Positions 49,231 through 61,600 are shown, counted from the stretch's first letter. The stretch is DNA of 64,000 nucleotides from Anthoceros angustus (GCA_010909165.1 MU008160.1:1-64000); one strand, 5' to 3'. Made by a program: numbers and translations. Notes: generated from the sequence alone by a model not told the origin.

Positions 49231-50949
49231 GATGAGGCCGTAGAGGATGAGCAAGATAAGCAAAACAAGGTTTATTAATCGCACACATATCCTTTGCATC
49301 GCCAAACTTGAGGAGAGGAAAATGTTGATAAGATCTTCACGGCGGAAGCTGAATTGCTTAATAAGCCAAACATGTTGCCGCAGAACAAGCAAAAAGAGCA
49401 AGGGGAAACGAAGATCATGGATGAGGCGGTCAAGGACCAAAGTTTTGTGAAGCTAAAAGGACATGCAAGGGAAGCCTTGGCGAAGTTTTCAGGGTATTCC
49501 ACCGGGTGAGACTAGCCAAAAGATGTTGATTAGTGTCACTGAGAAGGTCCTGACAGGTCTCATAGACCTCAATGGTATGGCCAAGGAGATCACTCTTCGG
49601 AAGAAACTACATGTGATACAAGTGGTTACATGAAGCATCTACGCCGCGATTCATTCGAGATGGTGAGGAAGGAGTACTGCACTCAACGGATGAAGTCATT
49701 ACGATTTCGCTCAAGGGAAGGTGGAACGAAAGTTTGGGCAACCAAATTCAAGAGCCAAGACAACAAGTTTGATTTTTTTTGGCTAAGAACGATTGAAGAG
49801 GAGCATGCCAAGAAATTCTCAAGAATCTTGAACCGGAGTAGGAATATTGTTAGGAAGGCAAAAGGATATCCCAGAGGAAAACGGGTCAAACGACCCCGCA
49901 TGAGGTGAGGCCCAAAGGTTAGGTCGGGTGACTACCACCGTAGGTCGCCACACTACGCCCAGTCGAGTAAGGAGCAGATCATCAAGGTAAGTCGACTATC
50001 ATGTAGGTCGACAAATCTCGCTAAAAGGAAATTAGAATAAGGGGGATATCCACTATATATGCTCATCAATAGGGGATAAAATATATAAGAGTAATTAGCA
50101 AGAGATTAATTAGCAGTAGTAGGAAAATAGGTATTATAGATCGATTAGGATTTTGAATGATGAAAATCTAGGGTTGTGGCCGCCTGTGTGGCACATCCAA
50201 AGGGCAAAGTGCGCTGGCCAACTTCCTTCGAGCTAGGCGAACTACCCCAAGGATCGACCGGCCGGAGCGCAAAAGAAGCCCGGGAGAAGCCGCCATTGCC
50301 GCGCCGCGACGAACGAGGAAGGCGCGCGCAAGGGGAGAAGACCCCAGGGAAAGGAGAAAGAGGAGGCGAAGACGAGCGCCCAGGCACCGGGAAGCTCTTC
50401 AACACCGGGAAAAGGGACACATTGAAGGAGCCGCCACCGCAGAGCGGGTTGGAGCTGAGCAAGAAGGTGAAGGAGAGTGAGAGTAGAAGGAAAATCACAC
50501 CACCCGCCGCTACCGAGAAGAAATCAAGGAGGAAAATCCAGCCTGTGAGGCTCAAGACAGGCTAACGTGTGTGTGTCGTAGTCGCCGCCACGACGAGAAG
50601 GAGTGTTTGAGGAAGCTTGAGCACACAATGAAAATTGGGAAGTAACTTTGCTTGAGGGAGTAAGGAAGGTGCCATGCCTCGAGGAAAAGGCAAGGGAAGG
50701 AGCCCGGCAAGGGCCTCCTCGCGAGGAGAAAAGGAAGAGAGCAGGGGCGCCGCTGTGGGGAGGTGAACTTGTGATGCCCCAATTCACTTGCCGGTCAGCT
50801 AACCCCTAGATTTGGTTGATTTTCGCAAGGCGAGGAGGAGAACATCCAACTAGGATGGGTGTATGGCCGCCAATGGGCCTACACTAATTTGGAATTGATT
50901 GAGGAGTGTTACATCAACCTCCATCAATCGGCGCTACGAAAGGAATGCT

Positions 50950-51500
50950 AGAACGGATCCTCTGGGACCGTGAGTATTCGATGTGTATGGAAGACCGGAG
51001 GAAGAGAGCTCGAATTGCTCTCTCGAAAGGTCCAATGGAGGAAGAGGACAGCCCTCCGACATCCCGCAGAGTTCCTTGACATGATGGATGGAGGAGTGAA
51101 GGCCCACGCCAAGAATGGCTGGAAGACCGAGAGCATCAAGGAGTCAAGTGGAGGCTCTTCGCAAAGATTGTGCTGGGTTGGTAAATTACCAACGACTCTT
51201 ATTTCAACTTCCTCCAATTTTTGTGGAAGATTTCCATGGGAGCCAAGCCGATTGGGGACTATCATGTATGAAGCGCATATACACCATCGAGAGAAGCTCC
51301 TCAAGCCAAATTCGGATGAGGAAGGACCAAGGCCATGCTATCAGCACCTATTTGGTGCATTTATGGGAAACCGAGGGACTCTCACAAGCAAGGAGCTTGA
51401 AGATGCATGGCATCCCTTTGAGGTCATCCACCTCCACCGAGGTTGGAAAGGCCTTTGCCTTTGCATTGGAAGACGGTGGGAGGTCGACTCCACAAGCATG
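50950..51500 (+). pseudogene. Accessory-ORF family member
   Basis: Repaired ...ADWGTIMYE (51250)...MLSAP-YLVHLWE (51338-51366), matching KIDWARMFYD...LSPFLIH of the LTR ORF. Confidence 0.5.
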
Positions 51501-53705
51501 CTAGAAGCAAGAGGAGAAGATGCGAGGCAACAAAGTTGCCGGAGTGGGAATCCTTTCCATGTGAGCAAGCAAGGGAGAAGAGCAAGAAGCGCCGAGAAGG
51601 CCGAATGGTGGTCTATGAGAGAAGGACCACTGGAGGGGTGAGAGTGGGGAGTCCCCACCATCTCCTTTGTGCCTACGAGAGAGGCACCCCGGCTGCACCC
51701 CTAGGGAGGCGCCACCCAAGGGGTGGGCAGCCCACTGTAGGCGCCACCACCATGGTAGGTACATCACTGGGGAGCAGCCCCACTCTGAGGGGGCACCCCA
51801 CGCCAGCAAACAGCCACAAGGTGGAAGGGAAGGAGAAGGAAGAGAGGTGCCGCGAGCGGCGCGAGGCCACCATCTCCGCTACTGTGGGGGAGAGCGGATG
51901 GAGCGACGGTGAAGGGGACCGGCTGATGGCCCGAGAGGTGAGAGCTGGAGATTTCCAAAGAAGAAGGAGGGGTGGAATTAGGACCCTAGGAGAATTGCCG
52001 GTGCTTGTGAAGCACTCACCGTGGATTTGAAGGGGGGGACTAGCAGCCTCCTTGGGCATGCCAAGAGGAAGTGAAATCTCAAGACATGGCCGGAAGGAAA
52101 AGGCAAAATGGCAATTGGAGGCCATGGAGTCCGATGAAAAGGCAGCCAAGCCGGAAAAGGTCAGGAGAAGCTCCAGCCACCTGAACAGCGGGCAGAAAAG
52201 GTCGAGGGAAGTTGTCACAAGTCAAGAAAGAGCCATTCCGAGCAACAACCCAAAAGGATTCTTGGAGGCAAAAGGGAAGAGCATTTTGCCCAATTAGCAA
52301 GAGAGGAAGCAAGGCAGAGGCAAGGAAGGAGAAGGTAACGTCCAAAGAAGTGGACATGAGTGTGATGGCTACAAGCTATCAAAATCCGGATATGGGAGAG
52401 GAGTTGAGAAGGACCCTTAATTTGAAGAGAGCGCGAGAGAAGCACAAGACCGTGAGTCGGAGCGAAAAGAATGCTTGGCAAGCGAGAAGGAGGGGCTTGC
52501 TCAAAGAATTAGAGGAACAAGGAGGTCTCAGAGGAGGAGCCACAAGAAGGTGGTGTAATGCCGGGTAGTGAGAAGCGATTTTGGCATTATGCCCTTCGTG
52601 CAAAATTGGCCAGCCAAAAGGAAGTGAGGGAGGAGAATGTGACCTCCATGTCAAGGTGGGGGAATTGACCAGAGGGACGCCTACAAAGGTAGGTGTGAAG
52701 ATGGAGAGGGCCCACTGAGATTGATGATCTCCAAATGCATTACAACTTGGGGCTCACCTCCACAATAGATTTGAAGGCCAACAACGAAGTCTTACGGTTG
52801 GCCAAGAGGAGGACATTGGGTCCTCATGATGATGACAAAGGAGCCGCAACAAGTGCACGAGGCCTCCGATTTTGATGAGGCCATCAAATGGACTCCGAGG
52901 AACTGAGGAGTCGAGGTGAGGAGAGCCGCCGTGGCACCAAAGGTGGGAGACGGCGAGAGCAAGGGGGACACCTCCGGGGTCACCTACCAGAGGGTGACCA
53001 CCCTACCACGGTAGTCCGCCAGACCACCGTGGGGGATGACACCACGGGTAGTCCGCTGATCACCGGGTAGGGCAGCGGCACAGCTGGGGAGTTCAAGGCC
53101 ATCAAGATGAAGAAGGCCGGGGTCCGAATATACCCCGAGGAGCAGCTGGGTGGTGGGAGAGACAACCCCACCGAGGAAACTAAGGACGGGTCCGACCACG
53201 AGGAAGGAAGGGTGAGGAATCTATCCCGCGAGTAAGGGAGGAACCGGACCCGAGAGGAGGAGTCCAACAAAAAGGGCCCGAGATTAGAAAATCCGCATGG
53301 TGGGAAGATGAAGGGTGCTCTATGATAGGTATGGACAAACCAAACAAGGCAAAGAGCAATGAAGATCCCGACCCAAGAACCTCACCGAGGAGGAAGAAGG
53401 AAGAAGGAGAGGGGACCGACTACCATGGTAGGTCACCCCCAGTCCGCTGACTACCGGTAGGGTGCGATGAACGGGCGCGACCAGCGCGGAGCGGAGAAAA
53501 GGCGCCAGGTGCGCGGAGGGGGAAGCGCGATTGCCGGATAAGGAATCCAGCGCGCCCGCGAGATGGAGGAAGGGCAAGATTGTACTTGCCCCACACATTA
53601 GGAAGCGACAAAGGCTGGGAAGGGCAAGAGCAAAAGGAGGGCGAGGGAGCCAATCCACCAATGCCCACCCCAAAGAGGTGAAGACTAGATATGGTCAAGG
53701 GACCA

Positions 53706-55792
53706 TAAATGCTAGGTAGAAGAATAGGATAGGTGATGTAGACCGACATCCTTCGAGGATGGTCTTAGGTGAAGTTGCTAGAATAGAATTTACCAAGAAA
53801 TGCATAATAGATTTAGGTGCCGACATTAAATGTCATGTAGGAAATAATAGAATATTGGAAAAGGTGACCTGCAGAGGGTCACCCAAGGGAGGTTGTATGT
53901 GGAAGGCCTCCTATAAGAGGAGGAGGATTTCACAAAGTAAAGTATCATGTCTTGCGCCCACGCCATCGAGTCCTTTGCCATTAGGAATTTCGTGTACCGT
54001 GAGCCAACATGTCATCGTAGAGAGGAAGTGTGGTCGGAGTGTTTGGTGGAGGACTTGCTGCAAGTGCCTAAACGAGTTGCTCCCTTGTGAATGGTTGCTG
54101 TGAAATTGCTTTGCTTTGGGTGTGTGGCAAATGCCCAGAACTCTCGGCTTGAGGGTAGACTACATGTGAAGACTGGAGGTTCTCGTCTGTCAAACTCATA
54201 GCAACCGCCCAAGGAAGAACTTGCTGGTGGAGGCGACCTGTGCAGCCAGCTGTGGCGAGTCGAAACCAAGAAGCCCGAATCGAGGTTAGAATCTAGGAGG
54301 AAGAGGATGAGGAGATGAGAAGATGAGTAGAGGATTAGAGGTGTAGGTGTTAGTGGAAGGCCATGTGCAGAGCCTAAGGGACGAATCCCAACTAAGTAAA
54401 AGAGCCCCCGAGTGGAGAAGTTTGGTCTTAGAAGTAGGGACGAAATCGCTGTGTGGACTGGGGTCCCTGGCGCCTGATAGGCTCTTGTCACCGAGGTGGA
54501 CCTAATTGTTTTGTGTCGCTAGGTCGAGGGTTGGCGATTCAAGCAAAGGCAAGTGCATGCTATGAGAGGGAGAGGGACGCCTTGCTTGTTGAGAAGGCTG
54601 AGAGTTGTGCAGAAGCGGTTGGTGACCAAGGCCTCGAACTTTCACACAAGTCTCATGGGACGAAACCCAACGACGGGCGGCTGGATAAGTGTGGCCGCTT
54701 ATAGTGGGAGGCCCTTGGAGTGCCCGGTTTTCCCTAAACCACAAGGTGAGTTTCCGTTTACTAGTATAAAATCAGTTGAGGGCGCCGCATGTCGCCTCGC
54801 CTTCCTATTGTCCCGCAATCCGACTTTCGCAACCTCACTTGTTTTGTGTTATTTTGCGCAGTTAAAGATGTTGAAGACCAAAAGCTCCTAAGATTTCCGT
54901 GCTTTTATATTAGAGGTCCACACATGGAAAGGGCTAGAGGATGAGCAAAGGGCACTGGCGGACATGGACATAGAGGAAGGGCTGCAATCAAGCATCGTGA
55001 CCAAAACAGAGGAGTTAGTGAAGTATCAAGTGGTGCGCAGAAATGTGGCGTAAATGAGAGGGTTTCCATGAGCTCAAGTATACAACGCGGTGATGGATGT
55101 CCCTGTGGATTCAACAAGGGAAGTATGATATCAAACTTAAGCAGGCGCAAATGGCAAACAAATTTCATTCCTTCCATGATATGACAATGTGCGACGAGAT
55201 TAGAATGATAGTAGTGCATGGTGTGGAAGAGCTCCATATTGTGAGGGAGACTATGAAGTGAAAAGGAGGAGGCATGGTCTCATTTGTTTGGGACAAAACT
55301 AATATGCACAATGACCAAGGAGGCTTGTGGAATTACATCGTACATCATCGCGGTCGTGACTCGCAATAGCAAGAAGACAAAGGTATCCATGCTGCCGAAT
55401 ACCTTGCAAGGCTCTTTCAATAATGGGCGAGCAGTTATTGCACATGACGCTGTGGTTAAGAAGTTATTATACATGTCGCTAGACAAGCTGGTTGTTTCCG
55501 CGTATCAGAGGCCACTGGGTCTAATGATGAAGTTGATCAGGAACTTCTCCAAAGAAGGAGATTGGATACTAGATGCATGTGCAGGGAGTGGAACAACGAC
55601 ATTAGCACGCTCCTTTGTGGCCGAAATTGCATTGCTGTGGAGGTTGACAAACGCTGTGCAGAGTTCATTTCTCAAAGGATTCATGGCTATGAAGTTTTAC
55701 CGGACGCAGAGGAGGAATTGACCCATGAGCCACACCGCCGAGGTCCCTGTGAACGATCTAGACTCGGAAAGTCCCTGTCGAAATGCCCTTGA
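53706..55792 (+). pseudogene. Beta-class N6-adenine/N4-cytosine DNA methyltransferase gene with a long N-terminal extension and a spliceosomal intron (54747-54861); degraded
   Basis: C-terminal SAM-binding block YQRPLGLMMKLIRNFSKEGDWILDACAGSGTT / ISTLLCGRNCIAVEVDKRCAEFISQRI (one frameshift). Upstream motif-IV-like D-V-P-(C/Y)-G at 55096-55110. Donor caag|GTGAGT and acceptor attttgcgcAG. Confidence 0.8.
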
Positions 55793-56399
55793 AGTGTTTT
55801 TTTTTGTTTTTTTGGTTAAGAGTGGTGTGAAAATAAGTCAAGTTGACAGTAGGCAAAGGTACTTATAGTAGAAATGACCTTGGCCTATGGTTTTTTTTTT
55901 TGTTTTTGTTCCTAGATTAGATAATAAGCAAACCGGGTACTCGATGTTCCTTGGCCCATGGACCTGGGATATCCTCTAAAAAGTCTATATATGTGAGGTG
56001 GAGGGTTGGTATGTAGGGTTTAAGGTCTATAGGCTTGGGAATTAGGCAGGTAGTTGAAAGGTGAGAGGTTGTGGATTGGGGTGTGGGGGAGCGGTCGTGG
56101 AAAGAGGAGATGGTCGAGAAACAGGGGTAGGAAGACCGGGAACTTAACCCTAGGAATTTGGGGAAAAGTGATGGGAGGCGGCGGCCGGCAACTGGGCCCA
56201 GCGAAGTCGAGGAGTTGCATCCGGGAGAATCAGCGATGCGGGGAGGCGCGAGGCGCACCCACGAGGGAAGGAGCTCAGAACCCCCATCGACATCAGTCAT
56301 GACTAGAGGAAGGCGCCAGAGCGTTGGTGAGGAGGTAGGAACCACAGGACCCCGCCGAGTGGTCGAATGATTTGAGGCGCAGACCGGAGACTCTGTGGA

Positions 56400-57000
56400 G
56401 GGATGGCGCCAAGGTCTGTGAGATTGTGCTTGCTCCATGGCCAAACATGGATCATTGGAAAGTTATTTGGGGAATTGGTGAAGGAGGCTGAAGCTTGGCT
56501 TCATGGAAGAGCAGTGGAATTACATGAACTTGGATGAGTGCGAGTGTCGCGCCGAAGGACAAAGTAGGCGGGGAATTAAAGCAGGATTGGGGACTGGAAT
56601 TGGTTAGGAGAGGTGTATGGCGCGGTAAGGAGGAGGCGGTTTGGTGATGGGCGTCCGGAGAAAGAACCTGGCGCGGCCTGGTTAAGGCGTGGTCAGGAAC
56701 CAATTTTGGTGGATTTGGCGGTTGATGGAGTGCAGCGGATGGCTCCTATGTTTCTGCAGCACAAGCGATTATTTGTCGACCACTTTGCACTGTTCCTCCA
56801 TGAAGTGGTCAAGGGGCAAAATCGATTGGGGAGATTCTCTTGACAAGTTGTGTGAAGAGGTTGAACTTGATTTCTCCTCGACCCTCTCTAATTTCACCAT
56901 TTGGTCCATCTTTATGTGCATGCTAGCACGCGGTGGAAATTGTGGCCTCCTCACATGTGGAAGCCGGTTAGGGAGGTGAAATGGAAGGCGGAGGAGCCCA
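56400..57000 (+). pseudogene. Accessory-ORF family member
   Basis: APWPNM (56438), LGFMEEQW, LFLHEVVKG.KIDWG (56793-56830), LVHLY (56901): same motifs and order as the LTR ORF. Confidence 0.65.
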
Positions 57001-57479
57001 AGGAGAAATCGAGGAAATCGGATAGGCGGGAGTCGTGGCGGATTCGAGGAAGAAGGAAATTTCTACCAGCAAAGAGGAAGACCGGTGGAAGGCGGGGCCT
57101 CGGCGAAAAGGTGAAGGCGGGGCCAGCGTCACGGGTCAGCAGGCGGCGCTCTGAAAATGAAGGCCAAGCGGCGGATTGAGGTGGCGGGAGGCGCGATCCG
57201 AGGAGGACAATTTTCTTGACACGGATGCGGATGATGAATCAACCCGGAGGGATTAGGGGTGACCTCGAGCGGACCCTCCTCGGCATGGGAAGAGATTTTC
57301 AAGGGGACTCCAGCGAGGTGGATGCGGTTGGTGAGGGTGCGCACCTTGGGAAGGAAAGTGCTCGGCAGGAGGATGGCGTCGGCGGGCCGCCACAGGTGGA
57401 TTGCGGGGGCCCACATCGATGATGGGCCAAGCGGTTGTTGGATCAAGCGGCCTTAGCTCTCACGGCTCGGTGTGCAAGG

Positions 57480-58500
57480 CGGCGGAGGAAGTGGTGAAGG
57501 CCGAGGTTTGTGAAGAGGAGGCCAAGCGCAAGCAAGCGGAGGAAGACAAGCGGGTCCTAGAGGAAATAAGGGCCAAGATTCGGAAGATTTGTGCGGGGCC
57601 GAGGAGAAGTTGCGAGGCCATGGCAGGCAGGAGAGCTCATGGCTCAAATTAAGGATGCCCGAGGCGAACCCAGGAGATGCACGGGGGAGTTGTTGCGAGC
57701 CAGGGAGGCGAGGCGGCCTCGGTGGAAGGCCCATAAGGTGGCGGAGGCGGTATAAGCGGGAGGATGAGGCACGTGGCGGGCGAGAAAGGACAAAGGGAAG
57801 GGGCGAGTGGCGGGACCACAGTAGTGGAAGGAACTACGAGCGAAAGGAACGGAGTGGCAGAAACACCTACGGGGTTCTTTGAGCAGTGACAGTCGAGTCC
57901 ACTACCGCAGTAGTGGAAGCTACCGACATTGGCGCCAACTCGAGGCGGTCATGGGCGGCAGCAGGACGTGACAACGGCACCCAAGGACATGGACGAGGAC
58001 GGTGTAGCCTCACCGGCCTGCAGCAAGGGGCGGAGGAAGTGGTGATAAGAGGAGGCCAAGCTAAGCAACTGGAGGAAGATGGTCCTAGAGGAAATAAGGC
58101 CAAGATTCAGGAAGATCAGGCAGTGGCCGAGAAGCCAGTAGCCATGACGAGCCACAGGAAGCGCCATGGCTCAAATTAAGGATGCCCAAGATCAACCAGA
58201 GATGCAGGGGAGTTGTGAGCCCAGAGCGTGGAGGCGGCCTGGAGAAGGCCCATAAGTCCGGAGCGTATGAACGGAGGGATGAGGCACGTGGCGAGCCGTA
58301 AAGGACAAAGGGAAGTGGAAGCGAGGTAAAGGGTGATCCACGACTGTAGTGGAAGGAACCACAACGAAAGGAAGCAAGAACCGAGGTAAAACACCTACGT
58401 GGTTGGCCGAACAGACGATTGTCAGGAGTCCACTCCGCTGCAGTAGTGGAAGCCGCGATCACATTGGCGCGCCCAACCGGGCGCCCATGAGTGAGCAACA
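57480..58500 (+). repeat. Diverged tandem duplication, period ~550 bp
   Basis: Shared blocks gcggaggaagtggtga (57481/58030), gtcctagaggaaataagg, catggctcaaattaaggatgccc, aaaggacaaagggaag, gcagtagtggaagc. Confidence 0.8.
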
Positions 58501-61500
58501 GTGACGCACGCGCACGAAGGACTGGACTGTGCAACTGTAGCCTCTGGGAGGAGGGGGTAAGCACCTCACCAGAAGAGGTCCATTATGTTGCGGGTACATG
58601 GATGAGGAAACTTATGTTCGGTCTATATGTGAATGGGGAGCTGCTTAACTTCCATGTGCGAAATAGGAGGGATCGGGGCCTACCTCACAAGTGAGGACGA
58701 AGTGGATACTTCTACCACTGCGCGAGTGTGAGGGGTTGGCCCCTATTGCGGAGGCGACTTTGGAGGAGTTAAGTGAGGAGGAGGTCAGGGCTTGGGTGGA
58801 CGAAGGCAGTAATAATCCTCGGCAATAGGCGGCAAGCGGAAGACAGCTCCAGGCGAGTACACCTCAAATTAGGACGTCAGCGGTGGCGGTGAGGTGGAAG
58901 TATTGTGGGAAAACACTGATCAGCGTGGAGGCTCGTGTGGCGGCAATGGAGGGCGAGGCGAGCGGCCAAGTCGAGGGAGGCGCCGAGATAGCGTGCGGAT
59001 AGGTGATAGCATCCTAAGATAGATTTGGTTAGGATGTCTTGCACCAGACCTAGGACGCTCCGAATTGTGGGCGTCCCTTCGATAACCATCGTAGGACCTA
59101 AAAATCCGGCATGGCGCCCGGCGGTGTATAAGAGAGTGCCTCTCACAGTGAGATAATTCTGGTTGAGATCCCCACTGTGGCTGGTTGGAGCGTCAATTAA
59201 CGGAGGCGGTGTCACGGGCTCCTAGGAATGGTCGAGAGCTTGCTCCGGGGAGGAGGAAGAAGCGATCGGGTCTTGGCGACAAGGGAGAGGAACCAGGGAT
59301 TGGCGGCAGGCGGGTGGAGCTTGCTAACGCCTTTCTGTGGCCAGTTCTTCTCCTTCACCTCTTTTCTCACTAGTTGTGTTACTTGAAATTCAGTGTGAGT
59401 GTGGATGCACAAGGCGAATCGAGAGAGAGAAGGAGGAAGCGGTCAGTCTTGTCTGTGATCAGAGGTCGAATCGTGAGTGGAAGGAAGAGCATGGAGGTCA
59501 TAGTCGGGTGATGTGTAAGGATCGCGAATTGAGCCGGTCTTTGCAGAAGAAGACGGCGTTGTTCTCGGAGGAAATAAGGTGGTGTGGCGCCTTTGTGTGT
59601 GTGTGCGTGAGTGTGAATTAAGTGTCGGGAGGCCTAGGAATCCCGATTGAATCGTGGGCATAGTGGGTAGAATATCACCCAGACTACGGGTGGGGACAAC
59701 CCGTCAAGATCCGCCAATCGCCTGGGGTTTGGTGGGACCCACCTCGGTGTTCGTACCACTATCTGGTAGTGGTGCGGACTACCGCGGTAGTAGAACGGGA
59801 AACGAGGTCGGGGAGTTAGATCTGTGGTAGTTGGTTAAGACGGGAAGTAATAGTAGTTGAGTAGATAGGTGAGAGGGGTGGTAGCAGGTAAGCCTTGCCT
59901 TAGTTAGGCAAAGGTCGGTAGTGATAGAAGATAGCGTCTCTTGGCACAAAACATTCCCTTGGGAGCGAATCCCAGGACTACAACGACATTGAGGGTGAAT
60001 GTGGACCTCACCGTGTCTCGTGACACGAAGCCCACCCCACACTCCCCACCCACCTGGGCAAAAGAATTGAGCTTGTCTCGGTATGATGCATCCTGTGCCC
60101 GTGTAGTCCCACTTGGTTTGAGCAAGATGAAAGAGAAGATCGGAGATCTTCTTAGATGATCACCAAAGAAACCTTGTCTCGCCAGGCATCTTGACTATTT
60201 GGATAAGAGCAAGGAGGATGCGAACGATATCGCAGGGAATGCTATGGACGAAAACGACAATTTTGAGGATCCCGAGGACGCTGTACTCCGAAGGATGGAA
60301 GTTGTGTTAGATAGCGTGTCAGGACAATGCCCTTCGGAGCCACACTCTCAAGCCGAGAATCCCCCTTTGTAGGGAAGTAAGTCTAGTTTACTTTTGAAAG
60401 TACTATAACCTGCATGGTTAGAACTTAGATATGGCGCCGGCATGCCGGCGCCTAATATGCTTCCTTCTTTAACTATGAGCGCTATTTTTATTCGTTTTGT
60501 CAGGGATGACATCTGTTGCCGGCTCCAAAATATCCATAGAGCACGTTTTACGCCTTTAAAGATATGTCAGGCACTGCACTGCAGGTCCTAAATGCCAACA
60601 TACTCACATTCGTGTGAAAGCACCCACAAAACAGATGCACGATTTGAACCACTTATGTACAACCGGACTGTATGGGGAACCCAACTGTCTTGCCCGAAAG
60701 CGGTTCAGTATATTCCACGGCTCAAATATTATGGTGTTATGATCTCTTCCATCTTCCTCTTTCTTTTACCGCCTCCACCTTCTTGACCAACAAAACCCTC
60801 ACCTCCCTTCTTACCTTCTCCTTGCTTTTCGGTCGTCTAGACCTCTCTGGGCAGATGGCTCTATTTTTTGTTGGTATGCCAAAGCCTCCATGTGGCGGAA
60901 GCGATACCACTTTAGTCCTTCTACTCTCCCTGTTTTGGCCACCCTTCAATTAGCCGATCCCACCCCCCCTCCACACCCTCCCTCTAACCACCTTATCCAT
61001 AAGGGAATCAAATTTCGATCCCTCCGCCTTACTTGGTACCCTATTCCCTCTACAGCTCCTCTTTCCACCAAGCTTCTTTACTATAAGGAGCACTTTCGTG
61101 TGATCTCTCTCTCTAGCTTCTCGAAACTGCCACGTTACCTTAATGCCCCCATGTCTTTCAAGCTTTGCTCTTTAACTGGTCAATTTCGTGTCAGATCCCA
61201 TCGCCTCCCGTTGAGATCGACACAGTAGAGCGCCCTCTGAAGATCGCATTTGTAGGCTCTGTTCTTCTAATACGGAATGCGGAATGCACTTTCTTTTATC
61301 GCCGGTCATAATCTACATCCGGCCAAATACTCTCCTTTTGAGTGTGCATGTTTTTCTCGGGCGCTTTTTTTTCCTTTCATATTCCCAAGCTTTCTGCTCT
61401 ATGTCTTTCTGAGATGCTTGATCACAGGCTATCCTTGCTTGGCCCCCTGTAACTTTCTTGTCAATCCTCCGCCTTTTATTTTCCCTATTTTTATTTCTCT

Positions 61501-61600
61501 AGTTCAGACGTACGTATGCGTACACCCTCCTTCATCCAAGTTATGGCTATACAAGTTTCTGTCCCATGGTGGTTTTTCCACCCCATTGGACATAAATAAA

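Larger units (their letters stand above)
41380..49908 (+). pseudogene. Unidentified gene split by the copia insertion (pieces ~41380-41895 and 49236-49908)
   Basis: Empty-site join reads ...DDD-EAVEDEQDKQNKVY. Downstream pieces: EENVDKIFTAEAELLNKPNMLPQ and KFKSQDNKFDFFWLRTIEEEHAKKF. Confidence 0.45.
49906..60123 (+). mobile_element. ~10-kb retroelement-like block (no gag/pol seen) with two accessory ORFs and a methyltransferase gene; boundaries tentative
   Basis: CTACC..GGTAG palindromes recur from 49930 to 59791. Two ORFs are homologous to the Ty3 LTR ORF. The end cacttggtttgagca resembles the Ty3 LTR end cacttggtttgaaaatcactccaca. No TSD found. Confidence 0.4.

Noticed and set aside
53706-55792. 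Methyltransferase as part of the bacterial contaminant
   Set aside because: It is 45 kb from the junction, has moderate GC, carries a spliceosomal intron and TAG-type decay, and sits among plant retroelement ORFs.
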